A stretch of 34,522 nt of DNA from an uncultured Clostridium sp. Lineage in GTDB: Bacteria; Bacillota; Clostridia; Clostridiales; Clostridiaceae. The DNA lies in the NCBI GenBank assembly GCA_964475185.1, contig CAYYVR010000008.1, positions 1 through 34,522 on the forward strand, written 5' to 3'. A model generated the notes under the pieces. It saw nothing but the letters and a program-made list of their open reading frames with translations. It was not told where the DNA came from and did not search any database. A program made the position numbers and the translations under genes. Of this stretch, positions 27,058 through 34,522 are shown one piece after another; position 1 is the first letter of the stretch, and every line of letters starts with the position of its first letter.

Positions 27058-27369
27058 CTAAATCCAATGTTCGGCATAGGTCTGCATTTCGCGAATAAGC
27101 GGCTCCAGCGCTCTGCCTTTTTCAGTCAGGGTATATTCTACCTTGATGGGGTATTCATTGCGCACTTCGCGCAGTACCAGCCCCATCTCCTCCATTTCTT
27201 TCAGTCGTTCCGTCAGCAGTCGGGAAGATAATCCTGACACATTCTCAAGGATCTCACTGAAGCGGCATTCGCCCTCCAGGAGGACCCGGAGGATCAGACC
27301 GGTCCAGCGCTTGCCGAGGAAAGTCGCCAGTTTCTCGTACTTGGGACACATATGAAATTCAATACTCAT
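27058..27369 (-). CDS. HxlR/DUF24-family winged-helix regulator (YodB/CatR-like)
   Basis: N-terminal MCP, LGKRWT.LI, RFSE, L.ERLKE.E..GLV.R and P..VEY.LTEKG..L motifs; ATG 27369 follows AAAGGGTGA. Confidence 0.9.
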   Translation of the reverse strand: MSIEFHMCPKYEKLATFLGKRWTGLILRVLLEGECRFSEILENVSGLSSRLLTERLKEMEEMGLVLREVRNEYPIKVEYTLTEKGRALEPLIREMQTYAEHWI

Positions 27370-27695
27370 GTGGATCACCCTTTCCGTGTTGGATCATTGC
27401 TGATCCATAGTAACAGGTTATCATCAGATCACTGAGTCAACAATTACCTTAAATAACCTTCTAATAATAAGTTACCATATTACCACACCGATTGCAAACC
27501 GTCCACCCGGATTTATCGTGTCTGGATTATCGTGTCAGGCACAGCCGGTCCAGGGTCGATCAGGACCGCTTTGCCGCTCCCGGGGGAATTACCGGAATCG
27601 ATCCTTCCACTGGCTTTCTTTGGATTTTCGTGGAATTGTCAGAATTTCAATTGGGAGTCATCAGGCTGTGCAAAGTGTTAAAGTGTGTCCGGCAA

Positions 27696-27704
27696 TGATA
27701 TAAT
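27696..27704 (+). promoter_or_regulatory. Extended -10 promoter of the selenium operon
   Basis: TGATATAAT, 56 nt upstream of ATG 27761. Confidence 0.7.
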
Positions 27705-27760
27705 AAAATGGACCCATGGTAAAATTAAAAAAATAGAAAATTCTGAAATGAGATGATTGA

Positions 27761-28798
27761 ATGAGTGAAACGGATATCGGAAAACTTACTTTTTGCGGCG
27801 GCTGAGACTCCAAAATCGGAGCAGGTGCTCTGTCGCAACTGGTGTCACAGCTGCCGGTGAATTATGATCCCAACCTGTTGGTGGGGTATGATTCCAGTGA
27901 TGACGCGGCTGTCTATAAAATCAATGAAGAAACGGCACTGATCCAGACCCTGGACTTTTTTCCGTCCATGGTCAGTGATCCCTATTTATTCGGAAAGATC
28001 GCGGCCACCAATGCGCTGTCTGATGTCTGGGCCATGGGCGGGCGCGTCCTGACCGCGATGAATATCGTCGCATTTCCGGAACGGATGGACCTTGCGGTGC
28101 TGGGGGAGATCCTGCGGGGCGGGGCTGAAAAAGTCCTGGAAGCCGGCGGGATCCTCTGCGGCGGTCACTCCATCCACGACACGCCGGCCAAATATGGTCT
28201 GTCGGTCACCGGGATCGTTCATCCGGATCATGTCCTGACCAACAATGGGGTCCGTGAAGGGGATGTGCTGGTGCTGACCAAGCCCCTGGGGACCGGTCTT
28301 GTCACCACTGCCTGGTCCGTGGGCGAGACCACACAGGAGGCTTTCAAAGAGGCTGTCCGGTCCATGACGACCCTGAACCGCTACGCATCGGAGGTATTTA
28401 CCCTTGCAAAGCTCCATGCCTGTACCGATGTGACCGGATTCGGGCTGGCCGGACATCTCCATGAGATGCTGGGCGGGCGCTTCAGTGCGGTCCTCGACCG
28501 CAACAGCCTGCCTGTGCTGCCCGATGCCGCCCGCTGTGCCCGGGAATTTCTGACCACGGCGGGGGCACAGAAAAACCGGAATTTCATGACGGAATTCATG
28601 ACCTTTGAACCGGAGGACTTCGCCACGGAGGAACTGCTCTTTGACCCGCAGACCTCCGGCGGATTATTATATTCGCTCTCAGAGGATGCCTGGATGAGTA
28701 TCCGGGCCAGGACCACCGATCTTCCCTTCACACCGGCAGTCATCGGCCGGGTGGTCCGTCGTGAAGGGGACACCCGGAAAGAAATCGTCGTTCGCTGA
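27761..28798 (+). CDS. selD: Selenide, water dikinase (selenophosphate synthetase), selenoprotein form with Sec15 (345 aa)
   Basis: DDAAVY, T.DFF, ANA/TNALSD, GGHS, LTKPLGTG, TDVTGFGL.GH and DPQTSGGLL motifs; in-frame N-terminal extension MSETDIGKLTFCGG-UGA-DSKIG restores the catalytic (C/U)xxK motif. Confidence 0.93.
27803..27837 (+). promoter_or_regulatory. In-frame UGA (Sec) codon and bacterial SECIS-like hairpin
   Basis: UGA at 27803-27805; stem CGGAGC/GCUCUG (27817-27832) with AGGU loop begins after an 11-nt spacer. Confidence 0.78.
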
Positions 28799-28834
28799 TG
28801 GAAGGCCAATAAGAATCAACAGGAAGGTAAAAAA

Positions 28835-29425
28835 ATGAAAGAGATCAATGCAATGGGCAAAGTGTGTCCCATCCCGGTCATCGAGACCAAAAAAGCACTG
28901 AAAACCGAAGCGGGGCAAGGCGGAGTCATCGTTCTTGTCGATAATGAGATCGCCACCCAGAACCTGGCCAAAATGGCCGATCAGATGAAGCTGACCCATT
29001 CCATGGAAAAACTATCCGAGGAAGAGTACCGGGTCACCATCGGAGGGACCGGAGAACTGCCGGAGGCAGTGGCCTCAGCAGCTCAGGGGGCTGGCGGCTA
29101 TGTCGTGGCCGTGGGGTCCGATGAAATGGGGACAGGGGATCCCGAGCTCGGCAAAAAGCTCATCGGCAGTTTCCTGTATGCCCTGGCGGAACAGGATGAA
29201 CTCCCCCGGATGATCGTGTTTTACAATGCCGGCGTTCGGCTCACCGTGGCGGGGTCCGACAGTCTGGAGGACCTCAGAGCCCTGAAAGAAGCAGGCGTTG
29301 AGATCCTCAGCTGCGGACTGTGTCTGAATTTCTACGGACTGACCGAACAGCTGGCCGTGGGCAGTGTCACCAACATGTATCGCATCGTTGAGATCATGCG
29401 CTCCCATCATACGGTAAGCCCTTAA
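28835..29425 (+). CDS. yedF: Selenium metabolism protein YedF (TusA/SirA N-domain + DsrE-like C-domain)
   Basis: G..CPIPV..TKKAL TusA motif; MG.G..ELG..L, FYN.GV, SCGLCL.FY and VG..TNMY motifs. Confidence 0.9.
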   Translation: MKEINAMGKVCPIPVIETKKALKTEAGQGGVIVLVDNEIATQNLAKMADQMKLTHSMEKLSEEEYRVTIGGTGELPEAVASAAQGAGGYVVAVGSDEMGTGDPELGKKLIGSFLYALAEQDELPRMIVFYNAGVRLTVAGSDSLEDLRALKEAGVEILSCGLCLNFYGLTEQLAVGSVTNMYRIVEIMRSHHTVSP

Positions 29426-29688
29426 TGGAACAGATTTTTCTTATTGTGGCCTTTGACTCCTCCCACGACGCCATCAAGGCCGAAACGGTCTGCGCCCGGG
29501 AAGATCTGGCCGTCCGGCTGATCCCGATCCCGCCGGAGGTCTCCGCCGGATGCGGTCTGGCCCTGCGCGCTGAACTGGAATCAGCCGGCCGGGTCCGCAC
29601 GATTCTGGAAGAAGCTGGCGTCAGGGGCGTGTTTTACCGCCTGAAACGGGATGGCAGCAAACGAATCGTTGAAAGGATGGAAGAATAA
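29425..29688 (+). CDS. DUF3343 family protein (putative Se/S carrier)
   Basis: F.S.H.A...E and LIP.P.EVSAGCGLAL motifs; TAATG overlap with both neighbours. Confidence 0.85.
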   Translation: MEQIFLIVAFDSSHDAIKAETVCAREDLAVRLIPIPPEVSAGCGLALRAELESAGRVRTILEEAGVRGVFYRLKRDGSKRIVERMEE

Positions 29689-31574
29689 TGGCAAATATCA
29701 TCATCGGCACCGCCGGTCACATCGATCACGGCAAATCGACTCTGATCAAAGCCCTGACCGGCATCACCACTGATACGACGGAAGAAGAGATCCAGCGCGG
29801 CATGTCCATCAATCTGGGCTTCGCCTACTTTGACCTGCCTTCAGGCCGGCGCGTCGGGATCATCGATGTACCCGGTCATGAGCGGTTCATCAAGAACATG
29901 CTGGCCGGAGCCCAGGGGATCAATCTGATCCTTTTGGTCATCGACGCCAATGAAGGCGTCATGCCCCAGACCAGGGAGCATGCCAATATCCTGAACCTGC
30001 TCGGGATCGAAGAATACATCGTGGTCCTGACCAAGGCGGATCTGGTGGATAACGAAATGCTTGAACTGATGGAAGAGGATATCCGGGATCAGTTCCGGGG
30101 AACGCCCATTGAAACGGCCGGTATCGTCCGGGTGGATTCCATCTCCGGGCGGGGATTGCCGGAGCTGGTCAACAACATCGACCGGCTGGCTGACCGCGTA
30201 AAACCGATGAATCTGACGGCGGAACCGCGCCTGAACATCGACCGGATCTTTACCGTCAAGGGATTCGGCACCGTCGTGACCGGTACGCTCCTGGAGGGAA
30301 CCATCCGCAACGATCAGGACATGATCGTGTATCCGGCCCAGATCCCGGTGAAGATCCGGAATATCCAGGTCCATGAAAAGAACGTGGACATGGCTCAGGC
30401 CGGCCAGCGCACGGCGCTGAATCTTTCCGGCGTCAAGGTCACGGATCTCCAGCGCGGCGATATCCTCACCGTGGCCGGCAATCTGACGAAATCCTTCATC
30501 GTCGATGCCAAGATCCGGGTGCTGGCTGATTATTCACGGCCGCTGAAGCTGTGGGACCGGGTCCGTGTCTACATCGGAACCGATGAAGTCATGGCCCGGG
30601 TCGTTCCCCTGGGTGTGGAAGAGATCCACGCCGGCGAAGAAGGCTTTATCCAGCTGCGTCTCGAGGAGGAGATCGCCGCCAAACCCGGCGACCGGATCAT
30701 CCTGCGGGCGTATTCCCCCATGGTCACGCTGGGCGGCGGACAGATCCTGGATCCCTCCACCGGCAAACATGGCCGCTTCGACGAGTCCATCATCCGCGGT
30801 CTGGAACTGCGCGGAACCAACGACACCGATGCGGTCATCGCGGATTATCTGATGAATTCGGATCTTCCCCTGGTCAGTGAAAAAGACATCACGGACAATG
30901 TCCAGGGAGAAAAGGAAGAGCTGCGTGAACGGCTCACAGCCATGAAAGAAGCGGGCAGTGTCCTGGAGCTGGGCCAGCAGTATATCGGCTCAGATCGGCT
31001 GGAGGAGCTTCGCAAGGAATTCCTGCGGATCCTCAGTGATTTCCATCAGAAATCACCGCTCCGGGCCGGCATGCCCCGGGAGGAACTGAAATCCAGGGTC
31101 AAATACGTGGCCAAAGGCAAGCAGTATGATCTGATCCTGGACCGGCTGGTGGAAGAAGGAACGGTGAAGATCTTCGGGACTCTGGCGAGGAGGCCGGGCT
31201 TTGAAGTGGTCTATACCAAAGAACAGAAAAAACAGCGGGATGCCATCGAAACCGCACTGCTGGACGGCAGGTATGCCCCTCCGTCTCTGAAGGAACTCTG
31301 CCCTGACAAAAAATGCCTGGCCCTCATTGATTCCATGGAAGACTGCGTGATCCGCCTGGATTCAGACATCGTCATGCACCGCAGCCATTTTGACGAGGCC
31401 ACCCGGCTGATGCTGGAGTTTGCCAAAGCCAACGGGTCCATCTCGCTGGCGCAGTTCCGGGATCTTTTGGAAACCTCACGAAAATACGCAGTGGCGCTGC
31501 TGGACTTTTATGACAAGGTCGGGATCACCCGACGCCAGGAAGACGTCCGTGTGCTCACCGGAAAGGAAATGTAA
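29688..31574 (+). CDS. selB: Selenocysteine-specific elongation factor
   Basis: GTAGHIDHGKS, RGMSINLGFA, DVPGHERFIKNM.AG, TKAD; C-terminal winged-helix region with SRKYAVALL...D. Confidence 0.96.
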   Translation: MANIIIGTAGHIDHGKSTLIKALTGITTDTTEEEIQRGMSINLGFAYFDLPSGRRVGIIDVPGHERFIKNMLAGAQGINLILLVIDANEGVMPQTREHANILNLLGIEEYIVVLTKADLVDNEMLELMEEDIRDQFRGTPIETAGIVRVDSISGRGLPELVNNIDRLADRVKPMNLTAEPRLNIDRIFTVKGFGTVVTGTLLEGTIRNDQDMIVYPAQIPVKIRNIQVHEKNVDMAQAGQRTALNLSGVKVTDLQRGDILTVAGNLTKSFIVDAKIRVLADYSRPLKLWDRVRVYIGTDEVMARVVPLGVEEIHAGEEGFIQLRLEEEIAAKPGDRIILRAYSPMVTLGGGQILDPSTGKHGRFDESIIRGLELRGTNDTDAVIADYLMNSDLPLVSEKDITDNVQGEKEELRERLTAMKEAGSVLELGQQYIGSDRLEELRKEFLRILSDFHQKSPLRAGMPREELKSRVKYVAKGKQYDLILDRLVEEGTVKIFGTLARRPGFEVVYTKEQKKQRDAIETALLDGRYAPPSLKELCPDKKCLALIDSMEDCVIRLDSDIVMHRSHFDEATRLMLEFAKANGSISLAQFRDLLETSRKYAVALLDFYDKVGITRRQEDVRVLTGKEM

Positions 31575-31580
31575 CAGCAG

Positions 31581-32738
31581 ATGATCTATTTGGATAATGC
31601 TGCCACCACGGCGCAAAAACCGGAAACGGTGGCCAGTGCGGTCTATGAATCGATCCGTTCCGGCCGGTTGGGCAATCCGGCCCGGGGCGCCCATGATTAT
31701 TCCCTGGAAGCCTTCCGCCGGATCTACCGGCTCCGTGAAACGGCCGCCCGGCTTTTTCATGTGGGTGACCCGCTGAGGATCGCTCTGACTTCCAATGCAA
31801 CGGACAGCCTGAACCGGGTGATCAAAGGCCTCCTGGGCCCCGGGGATCATGTGATTTCAACCGTGGCGGAACATAACTCTGTCCTGCGGCCGCTCTATCA
31901 GCTGGAAGCATCCGGCGGCGCCTTTGATCTGGTCGGCATCGATGAGGCGGCAAATCTTCGCTATGAAGACTTTGAAACCCTGCTGCGGCCCGATACCCGG
32001 GCCGTCATCGTGACGGCGGCCTCCAATGTCACAGGCAACCTCACTGACCTCCGCCGGATCGGTGATTTCTGCCGGCGCAATGAACTGGTGTACATTGTCG
32101 ATGCTTCCCAGTCCGCCGGGATCTATGATCTGGATATGGAGAAGCTGGGGATCGATGTGCTGTGCACCACGGGCCATAAATCCCTGTACGGACCGCAGGG
32201 CACCGGACTCATTGCCCTCGGCCGTCCCCTGGACTTCACACCGGTCTTTGCCGGCGGTTCCGGCGCGCATTCCTTTGATCATGGCCATCCCTCCAGTGTG
32301 CCGGATGTATTTGAATCCGGCACACTGAACACACCGGGCGCCGTCGGGCTCACGGCAGGGATGGAATATGTGGAACAATTGGGGTATGATAATATCCAGT
32401 TGAAACTCAATGCTCTGATGCAGCAGTTCACCGAAGGGATCTCAGTGATCCCGGGGATCACTGCCTATGGTGACCTGTCAGCGGCGCATCGCGCCCCGGT
32501 CATCGGCATCAATATAGGAACGTTGTCTTCTTCGGAAGCGGCGCAGATCCTCAATGAAGATCATGGCATTGCCGTACGGCCCGGCGCCCACTGCGCTCCG
32601 CTCCTCCATGAAGCACTGGGAACGGCGGAACAGGGTATCCTGCGATTTTCTTTTTCAACGTTTAATACCAGTCTTGAAATCAGTGAGACACTGAAAGCGA
32701 TCAGTGAATTGTCAAAATTAACGGGAGGGACCGCGTAA
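31581..32738 (+). CDS. Class V PLP enzyme, group II cysteine desulfurase / putative selenocysteine lyase
   Basis: IYLDNAATT, EHNSV, DASQ, TGHKSLYGP (PLP Lys) and RPGAHCA (group II catalytic Cys); embedded in the sel operon. Confidence 0.88.
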   Translation: MIYLDNAATTAQKPETVASAVYESIRSGRLGNPARGAHDYSLEAFRRIYRLRETAARLFHVGDPLRIALTSNATDSLNRVIKGLLGPGDHVISTVAEHNSVLRPLYQLEASGGAFDLVGIDEAANLRYEDFETLLRPDTRAVIVTAASNVTGNLTDLRRIGDFCRRNELVYIVDASQSAGIYDLDMEKLGIDVLCTTGHKSLYGPQGTGLIALGRPLDFTPVFAGGSGAHSFDHGHPSSVPDVFESGTLNTPGAVGLTAGMEYVEQLGYDNIQLKLNALMQQFTEGISVIPGITAYGDLSAAHRAPVIGINIGTLSSSEAAQILNEDHGIAVRPGAHCAPLLHEALGTAEQGILRFSFSTFNTSLEISETLKAISELSKLTGGTA

Positions 32739-34145
32739 ATGGCAAAAGTAAATATAATGAGACTGCTTCCTTCCGTGGATGAGCTCGTAAAACATGAAAA
32801 ATTATCGGTTTTGAATGAAAGCATTCCGGCCATCCGGATCAAGAATTCCGTTCGGGATGCGTTGGGTGCGCTGCGGGAAGAGTATCTGGAGCGTAAGGAT
32901 GACCCGGATTTTGTCCCTTATAATGAAGATGAGATCGTGGAGAAGGTCCTGTCACGGATCCTGGCGGATCATGAAACGTCACTGAAAAAGGTGATCAACG
33001 GAACAGGCATCGTCATCCATACCAATTTAGGACGCTCGCTCCTGCCCGAAGTGGTCAAGGACGCGCTCATCGATGCGGCATTCTCCTACAACAATCTGGA
33101 GTATGAGCTGAAAAAAGGCCAGCGGGGATCCCGCTATACCCATCTGGAAGCCACCATTAAAGAACTCACCGGAGCTGAAGATGTTCTGGTCGTCAACAAT
33201 AACGCGGCGGCCGTGCTGCTGGCGCTGAACACCATGGTCAAAGGCCGCGAGGCCATTATTTCCAGAGGTGAACTGGTGGAGATCGGCGGATCCTTCCGGG
33301 TGCCTGAAGTCCTGCGAATGTCGGGCGGATTCCTGCGCGAAGTCGGAACAACCAACAAAACGCATCTCTACGACTACGAAGAAGCCATTAATGAGGAAAC
33401 CGGCATCCTCCTGAAGGTCCATACCTCCAACTATCACATCATCGGGTTCACGGAAACAGTGGATGGCCGTGATCTGGCGGAACTGGGCAAAAAGCACGGT
33501 CTCCCGGTGGTGGAGGATCTGGGTTCCGGTCTGTTTGTGGATCTGTCCCAGTATGGCCTGGATTATGAACCCACCGTGCGGGATACCCTGAACAAAGGCG
33601 TGGATGTGGTGACGTTCTCCGGCGATAAACTGCTGGGCGGACCTCAGGCAGGGATCATCGTCGGGAAGAAAAAGTACATCCAGGCCATGAAAAAGAACCA
33701 GATGACCCGGGCGCTGCGCGTGGATAAAATGACCATCGCAGCGCTGGAAGCCACGCTGCGGCTGTATCTGGACGAAGACCGGGCCATGGCGGCGATCCCC
33801 ACCATGCGTATGCTGACCCTTACTCTGGAGGAACTTGCCCAACGGGCGGAAGTGCTGTACCGTAATCTGCTGCGTAAAGTAAAGACCTGCCATCTGGATG
33901 TGGTGGACTGCCAGTCTCAGGTGGGCGGCGGATCGATGCCGCAGGAGCGGCTGTCGTCACGGGCGGTGACCATCGTTCCCATGAACATGAGTCTTAATGA
34001 CTTTGAACGGCGGATGCGCACGGGAAAGTACCACGTCATCGGCAAGATCCATAAGGACCGCTATGAGCTTGATGTCCGTACGTTCCTTGAGGGCGATATG
34101 GAAAAGGTCATCGATGCCGTCAAACTCGCGCTGAAGGATAACTGA
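32739..34145 (+). CDS. selA: L-seryl-tRNA(Sec) selenium transferase
   Basis: VINGTG.V.HTNLGR, VNNNAAAV, SRGELVEIGGSFR, EVGTTN.T, EDLGSG and FSGDKLLGGPQAG (PLP Lys) motifs. Confidence 0.97.
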   Translation: MAKVNIMRLLPSVDELVKHEKLSVLNESIPAIRIKNSVRDALGALREEYLERKDDPDFVPYNEDEIVEKVLSRILADHETSLKKVINGTGIVIHTNLGRSLLPEVVKDALIDAAFSYNNLEYELKKGQRGSRYTHLEATIKELTGAEDVLVVNNNAAAVLLALNTMVKGREAIISRGELVEIGGSFRVPEVLRMSGGFLREVGTTNKTHLYDYEEAINEETGILLKVHTSNYHIIGFTETVDGRDLAELGKKHGLPVVEDLGSGLFVDLSQYGLDYEPTVRDTLNKGVDVVTFSGDKLLGGPQAGIIVGKKKYIQAMKKNQMTRALRVDKMTIAALEATLRLYLDEDRAMAAIPTMRMLTLTLEELAQRAEVLYRNLLRKVKTCHLDVVDCQSQVGGGSMPQERLSSRAVTIVPMNMSLNDFERRMRTGKYHVIGKIHKDRYELDVRTFLEGDMEKVIDAVKLALKDN

Positions 34146-34289
34146 TGGCAGAGCATGCAGCGCTGCCACGGTGCGGTCAGGGGACGGAATCGCCGGATCC
34201 TGCCCGCGCCGGCAAAAAATAACAGACCCAAAGAAGAATTCAATAAAACCCTGGTGGAGCGGCCCTGGCAACAGACCGGGCCAACTGCC

Positions 34290-34362
34290 AAAGACGGATC
34301 GTATTGATCCGGCTTTTTTGAGAATAAGCAGATTCCAGGGAAGGAGAACTATCCCTTTTTTT
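34290..34362 (+). terminator. Two tandem terminator-like hairpins after selA
   Basis: CGGATC/GATCCG followed by GCTTTTTT (34295-34319); AGGGA/TCCCT followed by a T run (34337-34362). Confidence 0.6.
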
Positions 34363-34513
34363 GATGTATTGCTGTTATAAGAAAGCCTGTCGCATCAGGC
34401 TTTCGAGCTGAAATACACAGTGTAAATTTTCAGTATATCAGCCATATTTCAGTAAAGTTCTATATGAATCCATAACGGAATGATGGGATACATAAGAAAT
34501 TTCCGCGCTTCCA

Positions 34514-34522
34514 TGATATAAT
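34514..34522 (+). promoter_or_regulatory. Extended -10 promoter for a transcript starting beyond the window
   Basis: TGATATAAT at the extreme right end of the window. Confidence 0.55.

Noticed and set aside
27842-28798. selD starting at GTG 27842, or selD as a pseudogene
   Set aside because: This start would delete the catalytic motif; the upstream UGA with a SECIS-like hairpin next to selA/selB is better explained by Sec recoding.
34146-34522. tRNA-Sec (selC) after selA, also sought in 27370-27760
   Set aside because: No UCA anticodon arm (CTTCAAA context) or T-arm pattern on either strand; selC presumably lies outside the window.
1-34522. Mobile element, prophage or defence island
   Set aside because: No transposase, integrase, phage or defence genes recognised; the gene content looks like core chromosome.

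Overview
Chromosomal, housekeeping-type window from a moderately GC-rich anaerobic Firmicute (Clostridia-like gene content; sigmaA promoters often of the extended TGnTATAAT type). I see no mobile element, CRISPR array, rRNA or tRNA. Gene order: tadA, a CorC/HlyC CBS transporter, a stand-alone guanylate-kinase-like gene, a YhaM/CdsB cysteine desulfidase, a ZraP/Spy-like secreted protein, an ECF S component, a serC-serA-DUF1015 operon, a TipA/Mta-type MerR regulator, MarR, a lipoprotein, xpaC-telA divergent from clpB, a DUF4349 lipoprotein, nucleoside hydrolase-ribokinase, lplA, YczE, an Fe-S aldo/keto reductase, hxlR-DUF1893, and a six-gene selenium operon selD-yedF-DUF3343-selB-desulfurase/Sec lyase-selA. 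Signals the ORF track does not show: (1) selD starts at 27761 and reads through an in-frame UGA (Sec15) followed by a SECIS-like hairpin, and candidate Se-relay genes sit in the same operon as the Sec machinery; (2) DUF1015 carries a ParB/Srx-type DGHHR motif and occupies the position where serB would be expected, suggesting a SerK-like serine/phosphoserine phosphotransferase; (3) the MerR gene has an Mta-type 19-bp-spacer promoter and a strong internal RBS that could yield a TipAS-like short form; (4) a perfect LexA-type box and a thermometer-like leader precede clpB; (5) a terminator-like hairpin contains the promoter and occludes the RBS of the ECF gene. All family assignments come from motif recognition by eye; no database search was run.
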